Position numbers and translations under genes: made by a program
The notes under the pieces: generated by a model
What the model saw: the letters and a program-made list of their open reading frames with translations, nothing else
Database searches by the model: none
What the model was told of the DNA's origin: nothing
Assembly: GCA_965153355.1 (NCBI GenBank)
Contig: OZ231126.1
Span: 5,084,001 to 5,148,000, forward strand
Length of the DNA stretch: 64,000 nt
Source: Flaccisagitta enflata
Lineage: Eukaryota
Direction of reading: 5' to 3'
In this document: positions 49,202-63,196 of the stretch, one piece after another
Position numbering within the stretch: the first letter of the stretch is position 1
Layout of the letters: the number at the start of each line of letters is the position of its first letter

Positions 49202-50328
49202 TTGTATAGCCTTTGTTGAGTGCTAGGTTGATTAGGTTTTGTGTCGCTTCCAATAGTGGTTAAAATCCTACTAAGAGAGAGAGAAAAATAGTCGCAAAAG
49301 CGTTAGATGGTCAGCGGTACCCGTGCCCTGCCTAAGTAGGTTGTGCTTGAAGTTGAGGGGGAGCAGGGCGGCGGCCCCGAAGGGGTCGATGATGTATGCT
49401 TTCACACATATGGGGGATTTTCTCCTCCTTCTCCTCCTCCTTCTTCTCCTCCATCCCTCCCCCTCAAATCCCAGTCTCGAGGCCCAAATTACAGTCTCAA
49501 GGCCCAAATCCCAGCCTCAAGGCCCAAATCCTAGCCTCAAGGCCCAAATCCTAGCCTGGAGGCTGAGATTTGGGATTCAAGACTGAAATCAGGGCCTCCA
49601 GGCTAGAATTTAGGCCATGAGGCTAGGATTTGGGCCTTGAGGCTGGGATTTGGACCTCAAGACTGGGATTTGGGCCTCAAGACTGGAATTTGGGCCTTGA
49701 GACTGGGATTTGAGGGGGGGACGTAGAAGAAGGAGAAGGAGAAGGAGGAGAAAATCCCCCATATGTGTGAAAGCATGGGTCATCAACCCCTTCGAGGCCG
49801 CTGCCCAAAAAAAAACTAGTCATCCAAGGATCGCACATGGTCAGCGGTACCCGATGCCCTGCTGAGTGATCCAGTGAAGAAGTGGAGAGAGAGCAGGGCA
49901 GCGGCCCCAAAGGGCCGATGTCCTGTAGAACACAGGGGGGAATTTTGAGACGTCTGTCCATCCTGAGGGGGCTCTAGATGGCTGATTTTTGCCACTGAAG
50001 GCATATCTGAGGGTTGGAGAGCATAATTAAGGCTTGGAGAGCAGATTTGAGGTTTGGCGGGCTGGTTTTAAGCTTGGAGGGCTAATTGAAGGTCTGGAGG
50101 GCAGATTTGAGGTCTGGGAGGTAGATTTAGGGCATGGGAGGGGGCTGATTTGAAGCCAAGAGGGCTGATTTTAGGCCTGGAGGGTTAAATTGAGTCCTGG
50201 GAGAGCTAATTTGAGGCCTTGATGGTCAACGGGGGGGGACGGAAGGATGGAAGGACGGACGGACGGACAGACGTCTCAAAATTCCCCCCTGTGTTCTACA
50301 GGACATCGGCCCTTTGGGGCCGCTGCCC

Positions 50329-50398
<70 letters not shown>

Positions 50399-50594
50399 GA
50401 CAGACAGACAGACAGAGAGTATCATGCTAGCCCACGGGCAATGTATCCGGCTAAGTCAAGTTGAATTTCATACTTACCAATTGTATGAGATGGCAAAATT
50501 TGAAGATTAAGTCAAAGTGATGTTCCCAATTATACAGGTGTGATTACTGACATCAGTGGCATGTTATCAACCACGACTGCCATCTTGGTTCCTT

Positions 50595-53500
50595 CTAACT
50601 TGGAATATCGATCTCAAGCAAGTGGTTGGGATGGTAGTTATCTAATTTGTCAATATAACCGCCGATGCAAATGATTTTGGAAACTCGATTTTCCTTCTCA
50701 ACTGTAACGGCTCTGTGATTCCACAATCCGCCGCCTTTTCCACAAAACTCCCCAGGAAGACTTTGGTCTTCGACCCACGTGGAATCTCGGGCGTTGAAAA
50801 TCATCACCTTGTTAGACACGTGTTTATCATATTCTCCACCTCCTAACAACAAGAGTTGAAAAGGCGGAAGAGCTGTCAATGACTGTGCTTCTGCGTTATG
50901 TTTCAGACCAAAATCGTGCAACTCTGACCACTGACTTGTTAGCATGTCCAAAACATGAAAGTCATTCATACAGGTTCCGCTAAAGCCACCATGAATGAAA
51001 ACTTTCGACCAAAGCCTTGTGACACCCATCAAAGTGCGTGGTTTTGGTCGAGATCCAGCAGTGGGAAAATTTGTATACTTCCTCTCACTCATATTGAATT
51101 TGACAATCTGATTGGTTCGAACAAGGAGTTCATTGAGTTTGATTGAATCTCCCCCTTGAATGAATTCGCTCCCAAGATACTGTGCTCTCATACCAAATCC
51201 TAAGTAAATGTCATCTTTGTACATCCACGCGGTATGGAGGAACCTTGGTGTGGGTAACGCGCCTTCAATCTTAACCTTTTCAAAGATGCCCTCTGAGTTG
51301 AGAGTGAAAAGCTCGTTGGTCATCTGATGTGGTTCTGAGGCATAAGTAGAATTTTTTCCACCAGAAATGTAAATGACATCATCCACAATGACACTTGCAG
51401 TTCTATTTGAGAAAGAAGGAATCTGCCCTTGAGCTGGAATTGATGACCAAGTCTTTGTCTCTATATTGTAAACATGAATCATGCTACTCGGGAGGAGAGA
51501 CCAACTTCCATCCTCTTGTCTCTGCATGCCTCCCCAAACAAAAATTTGATTTTTGATGCGTTGGGCAATGAATCCTTCACCACCTGGAAATCCAACTGTT
51601 GAATTCCATTTGGCATTGAGGGTGGCTGGAGAAGGGACGAGTTGAGGTGGAGGAAGAGGAGACTGGATCAAACCTGTGGAGAGAAAAAGAGGATGATTAA
51701 GGATTCTATTTCATAATAACAATAAATTCATTAAGCCAGGTTGCAAATGTTCAGACAACATGCATGAATAAGCCTACTCCTGCTTACCTCGCATTTGAGG
51801 TTTCCCGTAGTGAATGACCATTGAGCCTTTGTTGACATGTTTTCTACTGTGTGGTAACTTTGACAAAATTGATCCAGTGGCAGGCAAACAGAAAGCTATA
51901 AAGTCTTTGCCTTTAGCGAGAAATGGGTAGATGGAAAAAGGCTTGACATCAGGCCAGTTTATGGAGGTATTACCAAGCAATTTCTGCTCAAACAGTCTCC
52001 TCACTCTTTGCTTGAGTTCAGCGGGCAATTGACAAATTTCACAATTCTCTTTCACATGTTGGTACATTGCCGCAAAAAGGTTTGTTGATAAAGATTTCTT
52101 CAATCTTTTGTCCAAGTAAAAACCTTTTTGATCAACTAACTGAATGAAAGTCTGAATAACATTGGTGAGCAGTGATTCCTCATCTGACAGATTCATGCTT
52201 GTCTCAATCGCTTCACAGACCATTTGGACGAGTCTCCATTCATCTGCGGAGATGCAACTACCCAAAACCTGTTGGATGACATTGACAACCTTCTGTTGTG
52301 AGGATGATCTGTTGTCATGCCTTCGGATTAGAGCCAATGAACAACGAAAGACAGAGAGATGTGCATCTTTTAGACGACCCTCTTTGGTTTGGGTCTTCAT
52401 TGTGGAGGTGGTCTGACTAGCATACAGAGAGACAACCAGTTCTCTGAAACTTCGGTGGAAAAATTGAAACATCCAGACAGATCCAATGAGCTTCCTTTCA
52501 AAGAAATCCAAACAAAGAAGAAACTCAATTTCCTTGTCACATAAGCCAAGATTTTTCAGTGTTTTCCTCAAGCTAAGTTCTTCCAGATTCTGGAATCCTA
52601 TGAGGGAGTTACCATTGCAAATGAAGATGGTGTGACCCAATTTGACAAGAAGTTCTTTTTTCTCTTGAAACATTGTCAAAGGATCCATCAGCATAAGTTC
52701 TTCCTTTTCCTTGCAAAGAGAGCGCTGTTTTTCAGGAGAGAGACAAGTGTCAATCTCTATCTCGATGGATTTGAGCAGTGCAGCTTTTACATTCATAGCC
52801 AGTATAGCTTCAAAGATTTCTAATTCGTCTTTGAAGGTGCCATGGAAGTTGTCCTCATCAAACAAGCGGCAAATCATTGCCCCATTGATTGGAATGGAGA
52901 ACACTGATTTGATGATCTCATTTCCATGCCAAACTTGCAGGAGTGAGGATCGTTTTGTGGCTGCATTTTTGCCGGTGAATGGGAATTTCTCCATGAATAG
53001 CTCACACTGCCGGAGATTGAGGTTGTTCATTGCAAATTCCACTCTGGTTGTGTTGATCTGATCCAAAATCTGTTTCCCCTCATTGCGGGTCAAGATCAAA
53101 AACACACTCTTTGGAAAAAGTTGTTCATTTCTCTCCAGGAACTGTTGGGTTAAATGATGGGACGGGGACTCATCAAGTCCATCCAACATCCACAAGACTC
53201 TCTCCTGACATGTTCGAAACATTTCTTTGATCTTCTCAAGCTGCTCTTCGGAGTATAAAGATTCCAAAAAGGGATACTGCAACAACAGATTTTCAAAGAG
53301 GCTTTTTGTCATGTCAAGACGCTTGACATCCAGGCGTACAACTGCATAGAACTGATGGAGGCACTTGCCTTGGCCCCATCGATGCATTAGCTTTTTTGCT
53401 GCTGTGGTTTTTCCTCTTCCTCCAGCAGCAGTGATCAGAATTTTGAGATTCCCTCTTTTAATTTCACTTTCAATAGCATCACACATCTCATTAAACAAAA

Positions 53501-55334
53501 TTTGGATATAGTCCATGCTGGATGTTGAAGAAGAATCTGAAGAATCTGAAGAATCAGACTGGTAGCCAGAAGCTACACGAGCCATCATTGGATCTAACAG
53601 CTCAGCGTACTCTTTATCTGGTTCTTTTGCAATGGAATCTTGTTTTTCAGTAGACTCTTCACTTGGTATTTTTGCAACATATTCAAATTGCAAAGGTGTT
53701 TTTGGAGTTTCCCCCTCATCCAAAATGTTTTGATTGGACAAATCAGCTACAAGATCATCTGAACTTTCATCATTTCTGTCAGCCCCATCCTGATTATGCT
53801 TCCTACTTTTTACCTCAGGCAACACTCTTTGCATAGACTGATTGAGTACAGTTTCCTCCAGATCCATAAAAAAGGATGAGGCTGGTATAGGGATGCTTGA
53901 TAAATTTCTTCTCACATGTTCTTTTAAGTGGTTGGCAAATTCGTTCCCTATTTCTTGCATATTTGTTTGAGGAGTGGTCAAACTAAGTCCAGTTTCCATG
54001 GCATTTTGAATAGCTTCCAACTTTTGATTCAGCAGGGCAAGCTCATTGTGTGTATCTAGCTGAATGTGTTCTAGCTTTTCCACCATTTGGCCAATGGCCG
54101 GGTCCTTAGAGGGACTGCGCTTGGCATTTTGAATTGCTTCCAATTTTAGATTCAGCAGGGCAAGCTCATTGTGTGCCTCTAAATGAATTTGTTCAAGTTT
54201 TTCGACCATTTCACCAAGGGCCTGGTCCTGAATGGTACTGTTCGTGGCATTGTGTATAGCTTCCAACTTTTGATTCAGCAAGGAAAGATCATTGTGTGTA
54301 TCTTGCTGAATGTGGTTAAGCTTTTCAACCATTTCACCAATGGCAGGGTCCTGAAAGGGACTGTTCTTTGCATTTTGTATAGCTTCCAACTTTTGATTCA
54401 GCAGGGAAAGATCATTGTGTGTATCATGCTGAATATGGTCTAGCTTTTCAACCATTTCAGCAATGACCGGGTTCTGAATGGGACTGTTCTTGGTATTTTG
54501 AATAGCTTCTAACTTTTGATTCAGCAGGACAAGCTCATTGTGTGTATCTAGCTGAATGTGTTCTAGCTTTTCAATCATTTCGCCAATGACTGGGTCCTGA
54601 ATAGGACTGTTCTTGACCTTTAGTAGCTTGTTGACCCATTTTTCTGAGACATGGGCTTTTGATGCAAACAAGTCTCGCAAAATTCGAAATAGTTGAGAAA
54701 ATCCATCTTCATACTCTGGTAGGGACATTTCCATCTTGGTTCCATGGGCATTGGCATTTCTCAGCTCTTTCAAAGGCTTAAATATTTCCTTCTCGGGGTC
54801 TTCAGCCAACTTTTCCAGAACATATGCAATACATGTTATGTCTAATCCGGAGAATGTAAAGATCTTGTGACCTTCGTGTTCTACTTTTTGATGTTTGTTG
54901 AAAAACCAGTATTTTTTGTTGCGGACACACAACTCTATAAGAGGCTTTGTCCGTCCGTCAGTCCGTTGGTCCGTCATGGTGATGGAGTTGAAAATGATTG
55001 TTTTCGATACTTTTTGTGTAAGTTTGAGTGTTGGAGGTGGGTTGGGGTGTGGATTGGAGTTGGATGCCCCTGCCCACCCGTCTGCAATGATATTGTGACC
55101 CCGCGTCACTTGTTTCATGTAGGACTCATTGGCCTTGTGCCATTGAATCCATAAATTGCCATCAACCCATGGCTTGCTGAAGACCTTCTCCAATAGCACA
55201 ATGACATAATCCTGGCCTATCAGTGAAGAGAGACTTATGGCGATGTTCCATCTCATCAAAAGTTGTTGTCCCTCGTCAAAGATGTTTGGGTTCAGTAATG
55301 TTGCGGAGTGATGGAGCCCAGTTGTGGGCTCCAT
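50595..55334 (-). CDS. NLR-like STAND protein: DZIP3-like HEPN + 41-aa helical repeats + NACHT NTPase + Kelch propeller (~1541 aa, 2 coding exons)
   Basis: Exon 55334-51788 (CGA G|gtaagc) splices in phase 1 to exon 51673-50595 (ccacag|GT TTG). Motifs: LDIT...LKELRNANAH (HEPN Rx4H), ILITAAGGRGKTT (Walker A), LWMLDGLDE (Walker B), LILTR, FQFFHRSFRE (winged helix), and Kelch-type repeats IFVWGG / IYISGG / VFIHGG / LLLLGG / ICIGG with spaced Trp/Tyr. Confidence 0.85.
54000..54614 (-). repeat. Five 123-bp (41-aa) coding tandem repeats in the NLR-like gene
   Basis: KNSPIQDPVIGEMIEKLEHIQLDTHNELVLLNQKLEAIQNT-type unit, five copies. Confidence 0.92.
54914..55114. mobile_element. HINE-like element inserted inside the open frame of the HEPN-NACHT exon
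   Basis: Same ends and internal motifs as the copies at 35316 and 58593; contributes about 66 codons (QVTRGHNIIADGWAG...KPLIELCVRN). Confidence 0.85.
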
Positions 55335-56042
55335 CCAAAATCCAACTCTTTCTTGAATGTTCCAAAATCCAACCAAAATCCAACTCTTTCTTGAATGTTC
55401 CAAAATGATCACAGTTGCAAAAGTTACGTCATTGGAACAAAATTAATGTAGCAGGTTTGAAGTGGGATAAATGGCGGAACTACAGAGAGATAAACCAAAT
55501 GGACGATCGGCTGGGGAAGGAGGTGGGGAGGGGTGAGAAGGGATTGCTTTACTTTTAATTGTACATTCTTTCCGGTGAATCCAGTTAAGGTAGCGACAGT
55601 AATTGAACGGAATGAATCAGAAAATTTCAATTTGTAACAACCTTACTAAAAAAAAACTGACTATTAGTTTGCTGATACCCGGATATGTCAATTAAGCAAA
55701 CTTTACATGGATTTTTGAAGATGATTCAGGAAATGCTTGATTGTGTCAATCCTTCAATATTAAGAAATGTTGTTGGTTGCAGGATAACCAGGCCAACACC
55801 TACGAGTTGCATGCATGACATAAATAATGTAAGCTAACTTTCATTGACATAAGATGTCTTAAAAAGACGTAAAATGACATAAAACGACAAAGTAAAGCTA
55901 AGCATTAACAATGGGCAGACCAGCATACAGAGTTTTACAGACGGACCAACGGACAGAGCGGGTCATGTAGTCGCTTGTCGGCGACTGAACACATCATATT
56001 GATGTTTACTATCACATGCTCTTTTACCAACGCCATGGACTA

Positions 56043-56134
<92 letters not shown>

Positions 56135-57251
56135 CTCTCACATTATGAAACTTACCAATAATTTATTTGTCCATCGTATGAATTGAGGCGAAAAAGGTTC
56201 CAAAGTAAAAGAACCTTCTCTACGTATCCAATAAAAAACAGTCAAGCGTTATCAAACAAGGCCAGATACACGGCTACCGAAGTCGCGTGTGGGTGGGCAG
56301 GGGCAATATTTGGGGTCACTAGACCATTTGGGCAGGAGCAGTGAGGTCAAAGAATTAAAATCCAAAGGCATGAGCCGTAACCACTCGGCCACTACGAGCC
56401 CATGTTTAAAAGTGGTCGAAGTTGAATGGGGGAGAATCGAATCCAAGACCCCACATTCAAATCCAAAAGCTAAGCAAAATTCCTGTATGGAATCATAGGT
56501 CATCAGCCCTTCGGGGCTGCTCCCCATTAGTTTAGCACTATAACACTTTATGAAGTCAATGGGGCATCGGTAACTGCTGACCACAATGACAATGACAAGC
56601 GGCCTTTACTATTTTGTACATTAGGTCATTTCCAGAGTAATTTTGAACCTTTTTAGTCATCTTAAGTCACTGTAAGTCATTTTAAATCATTATAAGTTTT
56701 TTATCTTATACTATGTCATTTTAGGTCATTCTATGTTGTTTTAGGTCATTCTTCTATTTTTGTACATTGTTATTTTGGGTCATTTTAGTCATTTCAGGTC
56801 AACTTAGTTGTACAAGTCACCTAAGGTATTTAAAGTCATACAAGTCATTTTAAGTCACTGAAGTCATTTGGCAGTGGGTAATCTGTTCATGTTGTATAAA
56901 ACAGTGAGATTTAACCTAGGGGGTTGCTCGGGGTCGCTTGAGGTTGCTCTGGGCTGCTTACAAGTGCTGGCCTTGTTTTTGAGTCTGTCCTCGCAGATCT
57001 ATCAGAAGTCTTGTCCATCTGTTGGTCGGTTGGCAGGTTGGTTGGTTGCTCGGTCGCTCATACTTGTTCAAACTGCGCAAAATGACTCATTCCGACGTCT
57101 CTCCATTACCATTCATGGCTTCCCACTTTCATATTCATTCATTCATTCATTCTTTGATCCATTCTCAAACGTTCTTTTAGCAAGGCGCACATTGCTTTTC
57201 CTTGTTTCCTTGTCCCTCACCCACTGACCTCCTCTAGCCTCTCTCTCTCTC

Positions 57252-57547
<296 letters not shown>

Positions 57548-57729
57548 ATTCTCCTTGATATCCAAGCCCTAGCCACATGCGTCTCTCGTCACTCTCGGAC
57601 TTTCTCACTAAGCTGTTGTCGCGCCCGCGGCCATGCGGCCAGTGACGCTGCTGCTCCTATTGCTGAAGCCACGAATGCTGCTGCTACTGTTGTTGCTGCA
57701 GCTCTAGATATTCTGCCAGAGGAAAAATA

Positions 57730-57766
<37 letters not shown>

Positions 57767-58014
57767 AAGAGAGAGAGAGAGAGAGAGAGAATATAAGTAT
57801 GATTATTTTGCTCTTGTGTGTCTCAGACCGCAGAAAAGAGGCGAAAGAGGAAACAAGAAGGCAAAAGAGAGAGAGAGAGAGAGACAGAGAGAGAGCGCGC
57901 GCGCTTGTAAATGAACGAGCGAGCCAGAGAGAGAGCGAACATGGGAGAGACCAGAGCCGGCCGCTGCCACCCGCGCCCGCGCGCATGCCCAAGCGCGTGA
58001 CACAGTCAAAGGGA

Positions 58015-58085
<71 letters not shown>

Positions 58086-58269
58086 CTGTTGCTTCAAGGG
58101 GAGGTGATAGAAAAGCGTAAAGATTGGAGGGAGGGTGTTATCGCGAAAAGGTGATTGAGGCTAGAATGAATGCCCCTTCAAGCTCGGCTTGGACATAGGA
58201 AGCGAAACCCAATAGATTCGTTGATAAAGGAGAGCAGGAAAACCAACGCGTTTTAGATCAAGGTGAAAG

Positions 58270-58359
<90 letters not shown>

Positions 58360-60606
58360 CAGAGAGTCAGAGAGAGAGACAGAGAGAGACAGAGAGAGAG
58401 AGACAGAGAGACAGATGGATAGACAGGTACATATAGTGACAGACTGGTACAGATACACCGAAATTGAATTATGAAAAATTGAGATAGAAGGGGGTTGAGA
58501 AAGAGAGACACTAGGACAGGTGCAAAGTAAAACAGCAGGAAGGAAAGTGAGGAGGCAAGAAGTAAAATAGTAAAGGTAGTAGAAAGTATGGAAACAAGTG
58601 ACGCGGGGTCACAATATCGTTGTGGACGAGTGAGCAGGGGCAGCTAACCCCCATCCACACCCAACAGCCCACCAAACACCCTTTCCAACACAGACACAAG
58701 AAGCTTCAAAACGCTCGTTTTTCCAGTTTCCGACTCCTGCTCAGTGAGCAGTGCAGTGTTCACGGACCAATGGACCAACGGACCAACGGACGGACAAAGC
58801 CTCTTATAGAGTTTCGTGTCCGCAACTAAAAAGATGGTCAGATGGAGTACAAAAAAGAAAGAGAAGGATGAGGGAAAGGACGGAAAGAATGGGGAAAGGA
58901 ATATTTGAAGGGAAATAGAGGGAGGTAGAAAGGAGAAAGGAAAAGAAAGATGCACGCAAACAGGAGGGCAAGTACGGATGGAATAAGGTTGAGCATGATG
59001 GAAGAAAAGTGGAAGGCCGAAGCGGCAGTGCAGTGAAGGGAGATGGATGGATGGACGGCATGACTGACTAAGACAAACAAGAAACAAAAGGGTAGAAACG
59101 GAGAGTCAAAGATAGAGACAAAGAGAAAGAGTATAGAAGTAGATGCATCCAGAGAGAAAGAGAGAGAGAGAGACTTGGATATACAGAGGGAGTTTATTGC
59201 TGGCGAGAATTCTTAGAATTATCGCTACCGAGAATCAGGGTTTTTCGCGCTACCGAGAATTCTCGGTAGCGTTAAAATAGTAAGAGAAATTTGATTCTTG
59301 CTATAGAGAATTTGTTTCTCCTTTTCTCTGCATTTCCTTCTGCTTTCTTTTCTTTCTTTTTTTCCTTCCTCTCTTTTTTTTTCCTTTTTTTTTACACCAT
59401 TTTTAGTTGCAGACACGCAACTCTTTAAAAGGCTTTGTCCATCCTTCCGTCGGTTGGTCCATCCGTTGGTTGGTTGGTTTCATTTTTTTTCATTTCTTTT
59501 CCTTCTACTGTTCTTTCTTTTTTACTTTCTTTGTTTTCCTTTTTTCGCTTTTTCTTTTTTTTCTCTCTCTCTTTTTCTCTATCTTTCTTTTTTCCTCTCT
59601 TTCTCTTTTTAGTCGCGTGCACGCGACTCTACACCTTGCCGTTTCGGTCGGTAGGTCAGTCGGTAGGTCGGTCTGTAACATTTTTAAAATAATGACTTTT
59701 TATGTTTTTTTTTAGGTAATTTAAGGTACTCTAGGGTATTTCAGGGTACTTTAGGGTACTTTAGGGTATTTAAGTTTTTCTAGGTACTTAAGGTACTTTA
59801 AGGTACTTTCAGATATTTTCAGGTACTTCTAGGTATTTTTGAGTATTTTTGAGAACTTTTGGGTGTTTCTGGGTATTTTTGGGTATTTTTGGGTATTTTT
59901 GGGTGTTTTTGAGTATTGTATTGGACCAGTATTGTATTGATATTGTATCAAAATTGTATCGACATTGTATCACTACATATCGCGTGGCCTTAGGGGGAGG
60001 AACTCTTTTGTTTCTTATTTCCAGACGCAAGCAACTGTTGCCCTCTTGGGCTCGTTTTTTCCTTTTTCTCTTTTTGTTTTTTTTTTTTTCTCTGTTTTTT
60101 TTTTCTTTGTTTCTTTTTTTTCTTCTTTTCGTCTTTGTTCCTTGTTTCCTTTTTTTGTTCTTCTTTTTTTTTCTATCTTTCTGTTTTTTTTTGTTTTTTT
60201 CGTCTTTGTTCCTCCCTTCTTTTCTTCCTTTCTTCTTTTTTTTATTTTTTCTTTGTCGTTTTTCTTTCTTTTTTTTTCATTCTTTTTCTTTTTCTCTTTC
60301 TCAATATCTTTTTCATCTCTTTATTTGAGTGTAATGTGTCCTTTCATAAGTGCAACTCAAAATTGGTAATAATAAATAAAATATTTCTTAAAAATTTTGA
60401 TAACAAAGATAAAATAAAAAACATTTGAAAAATAAAGCTATAAAAATTTGTTTGATGAAGAAATATTTTCTTTGAAAAACCTGAACAAGAAATGATATTA
60501 ATTTTTCAATGAAAAATTTATCCTTATATTTTAATTTTTTAGGGTTTGACATTCATTTTTTGTAAAGGCCTTCTCTCCCACTGGAAACTTGTTCATTAAA
60601 CTAATA

Positions 60607-60689
<83 letters not shown>

Positions 60690-60984
60690 CAATTGATTCT
60701 CAGTAACAATACTATTTCATGCAATAATCATCATAACTGAGAATCAGTTTTAATGCTATGGAGAATTCTCTATAGCATGAAAACATCAAAATGACATTGT
60801 TAATGCTACCGAGAATTCTCGGCAGCATTACCCACTCTATACAGAGCAGGAATAGAGAGGCAGGCGTAAGTTATTGCGATCATAAAGGTAAAGGTGTCGA
60901 CTAAGCCATAATGAGAATGTCGGGGGGTGAAAAATATATGCAAGAATTGTATGTGTGTTTCTGTGTGTCTGTGTGTCTGTGTGT

Positions 60985-61176
<192 letters not shown>

Positions 61177-61190
61177 GTGTAAGCTACCTC

Positions 61191-61290
<100 letters not shown>

Positions 61291-62731
61291 CTGTGTGTGT
61301 GTTTCTGTAAATGTTTGTGTGTGTGTCTAGAACAAGTCTTAAACGTTTTTATGCAATTTTTTTTTTTTTTTTTGTCTGTTTTTAGTTGCGGACACGCAAC
61401 TCTATAAGAGGCTTTGTCCGTCCGTCCGTCCGTCCGTCCGTCCGTCCGTCCGTCCGTCCGTCCGTCCGTCCGTCCGTAACCATCGAGTCGAAAAGTGTGA
61501 AAACGCGCATTACCGCCCCTGCCCACCCGTCTGCAACTGATGGCCGTGTATCCGGCCTTGTTTTTTTCATCGCTTGCCATTTGTTTGTCCGTTTTTCAAA
61601 TAACCTACGGCGAATTTACATTCAAGTTTATAGCTTAGTAATTGTCGCCCATCAGAGGTGGTCTCAGAGCCTCGCCATTTCGTAACATACTTTGACTACT
61701 ATAACATCAAAGGCGTTTAAAGGGCATCGGTTACTGATCTCCGACTGCGTATATTTTGTTGAGTAATTAGAATGTAATAATGAGTTAGTTAGAGTTAATA
61801 TCTACACTCCATGAGTGGTTCCCTGTGCCGCGCCGGAGCTTTGAGTTGATTGATATAATTTACATTTAAAAAAAATGTCAAATGACTATCATTAGTCAGT
61901 CGCGAATGACCTCTATAGAAAGAACAAGGCCAAATACACGGCTACCCAAGTCGCGTGTGGGTGGGCAGGGGCAGTGTTAAACGAGGCTGGATACACGGCT
62001 ACCCCAGTCTAGGGCTGCAGAAATTTTTTTGCTTCCTACGAGGGCAATTTTCACATGTTTACCTTCTTACTGGCAATCTTATCAGCGTAATACCTCTTGA
62101 AAGAAAAAAAAAAGAAGCAGAGATAGATACAGAAAGAAACAGAGACAGAAAAAAACTTACTCTCTATTTGTCTGTTTCTTTTCCTCTCTTTTTCCTCCTT
62201 AATTTCTCTTTGACCTTTTTTCATTTTTTTCCATTTTTTTCTTCTTTTTTTTTTTCTTTCTTTTCTTCCACTTTTTTTCCTTGGCCTTCTTTTCCTTCCT
62301 ACTTGCCTTGCTTGCTTCCTACGAGCGCCGCTCGCGTGCTCGGCCACTTTCTGCTGCCCTGCCCCAGTCGCTTGCGGGTGGGCAGGGGCCATATTTGAGG
62401 TCACATGACCATTTGGGCAGTAGGGTCAAAGAATGAAAATAGTAGGGTCAAAAAATGAAAAGCATAAAAAAAGTAAAATGTGACCAACCAACAGACAGAC
62501 CGACCAACAACGCGTAGCACGCGACTAAAAAGGCTTTCCAAGCATTTGGGTGATGGTAAGTAATCTACAAACCGCCCATAAAAGCACGAACTGTGAGGGA
62601 CTGACCAACTGACCAACCGAGTGATAGATCGACAAAGCGGGATATTGAGCCGCTTAACACACAACTAAAAAGAAGTAAAGAAACTTGGTATATAAAGTCA
62701 AAAGACACCTCCTTAACTCGAAGGCTCAGCC

Positions 62732-63159
62732 ATGGAGTTTCAGTCTCTATTCGCTCTTTTGACATTTTGTACGGGGGTGATTTTCACGTCAGTTGATATT
62801 GGCAGTGACGTTGCCCTCGCTCAAGAGTACTGGTCCAACTGTTTCAAAAACGATTCTAACAAAACCATAGATAACAATACGGCTTATGATCCATCAAACA
62901 GTCTAGATGCCGGTGATAACTGTGTTTTTACATTGCCGACAACGCTGTGGATCGCACTTTGCGGGATAGTTCAATTCTTCATTATAGCGCGTTGTCTGTA
63001 TCGTGGCGACGTGCGCCTGAAAGTGTTGCCTAAACCATTTCGGGCCCTTCTTCTCTGCTCCTCGCTTATTTTGCTTGGTCCAATTGTCCTCAACGTGTTT
63101 GGCGTTGCGCTGGTTCTTCAACACACAAATAACGACCGAAGAGCAGAAGATATTGTCAG
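62732..63159 (+). CDS. First coding exon of a probable XK-related multi-pass membrane protein (continues downstream)
   Basis: gccATGG start; pattern hydrophobic-DIGSDVALAQEYW ... TLWIALCGIVQ ... ILLGPI resembles the XK-family N-terminus; three hydrophobic segments; donor AG|gtattc at 63159. Confidence 0.55.
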
Positions 63160-63196
63160 GTATTCATAACAATGGAATGGCAAGATTCGAGATAGA

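Noticed and set aside
55335-55412. N-terminal 26 aa of ORF 51774..55412
   Set aside because: Begins at a non-ATG codon and lies in a local duplication; the first ATG is at 55334.
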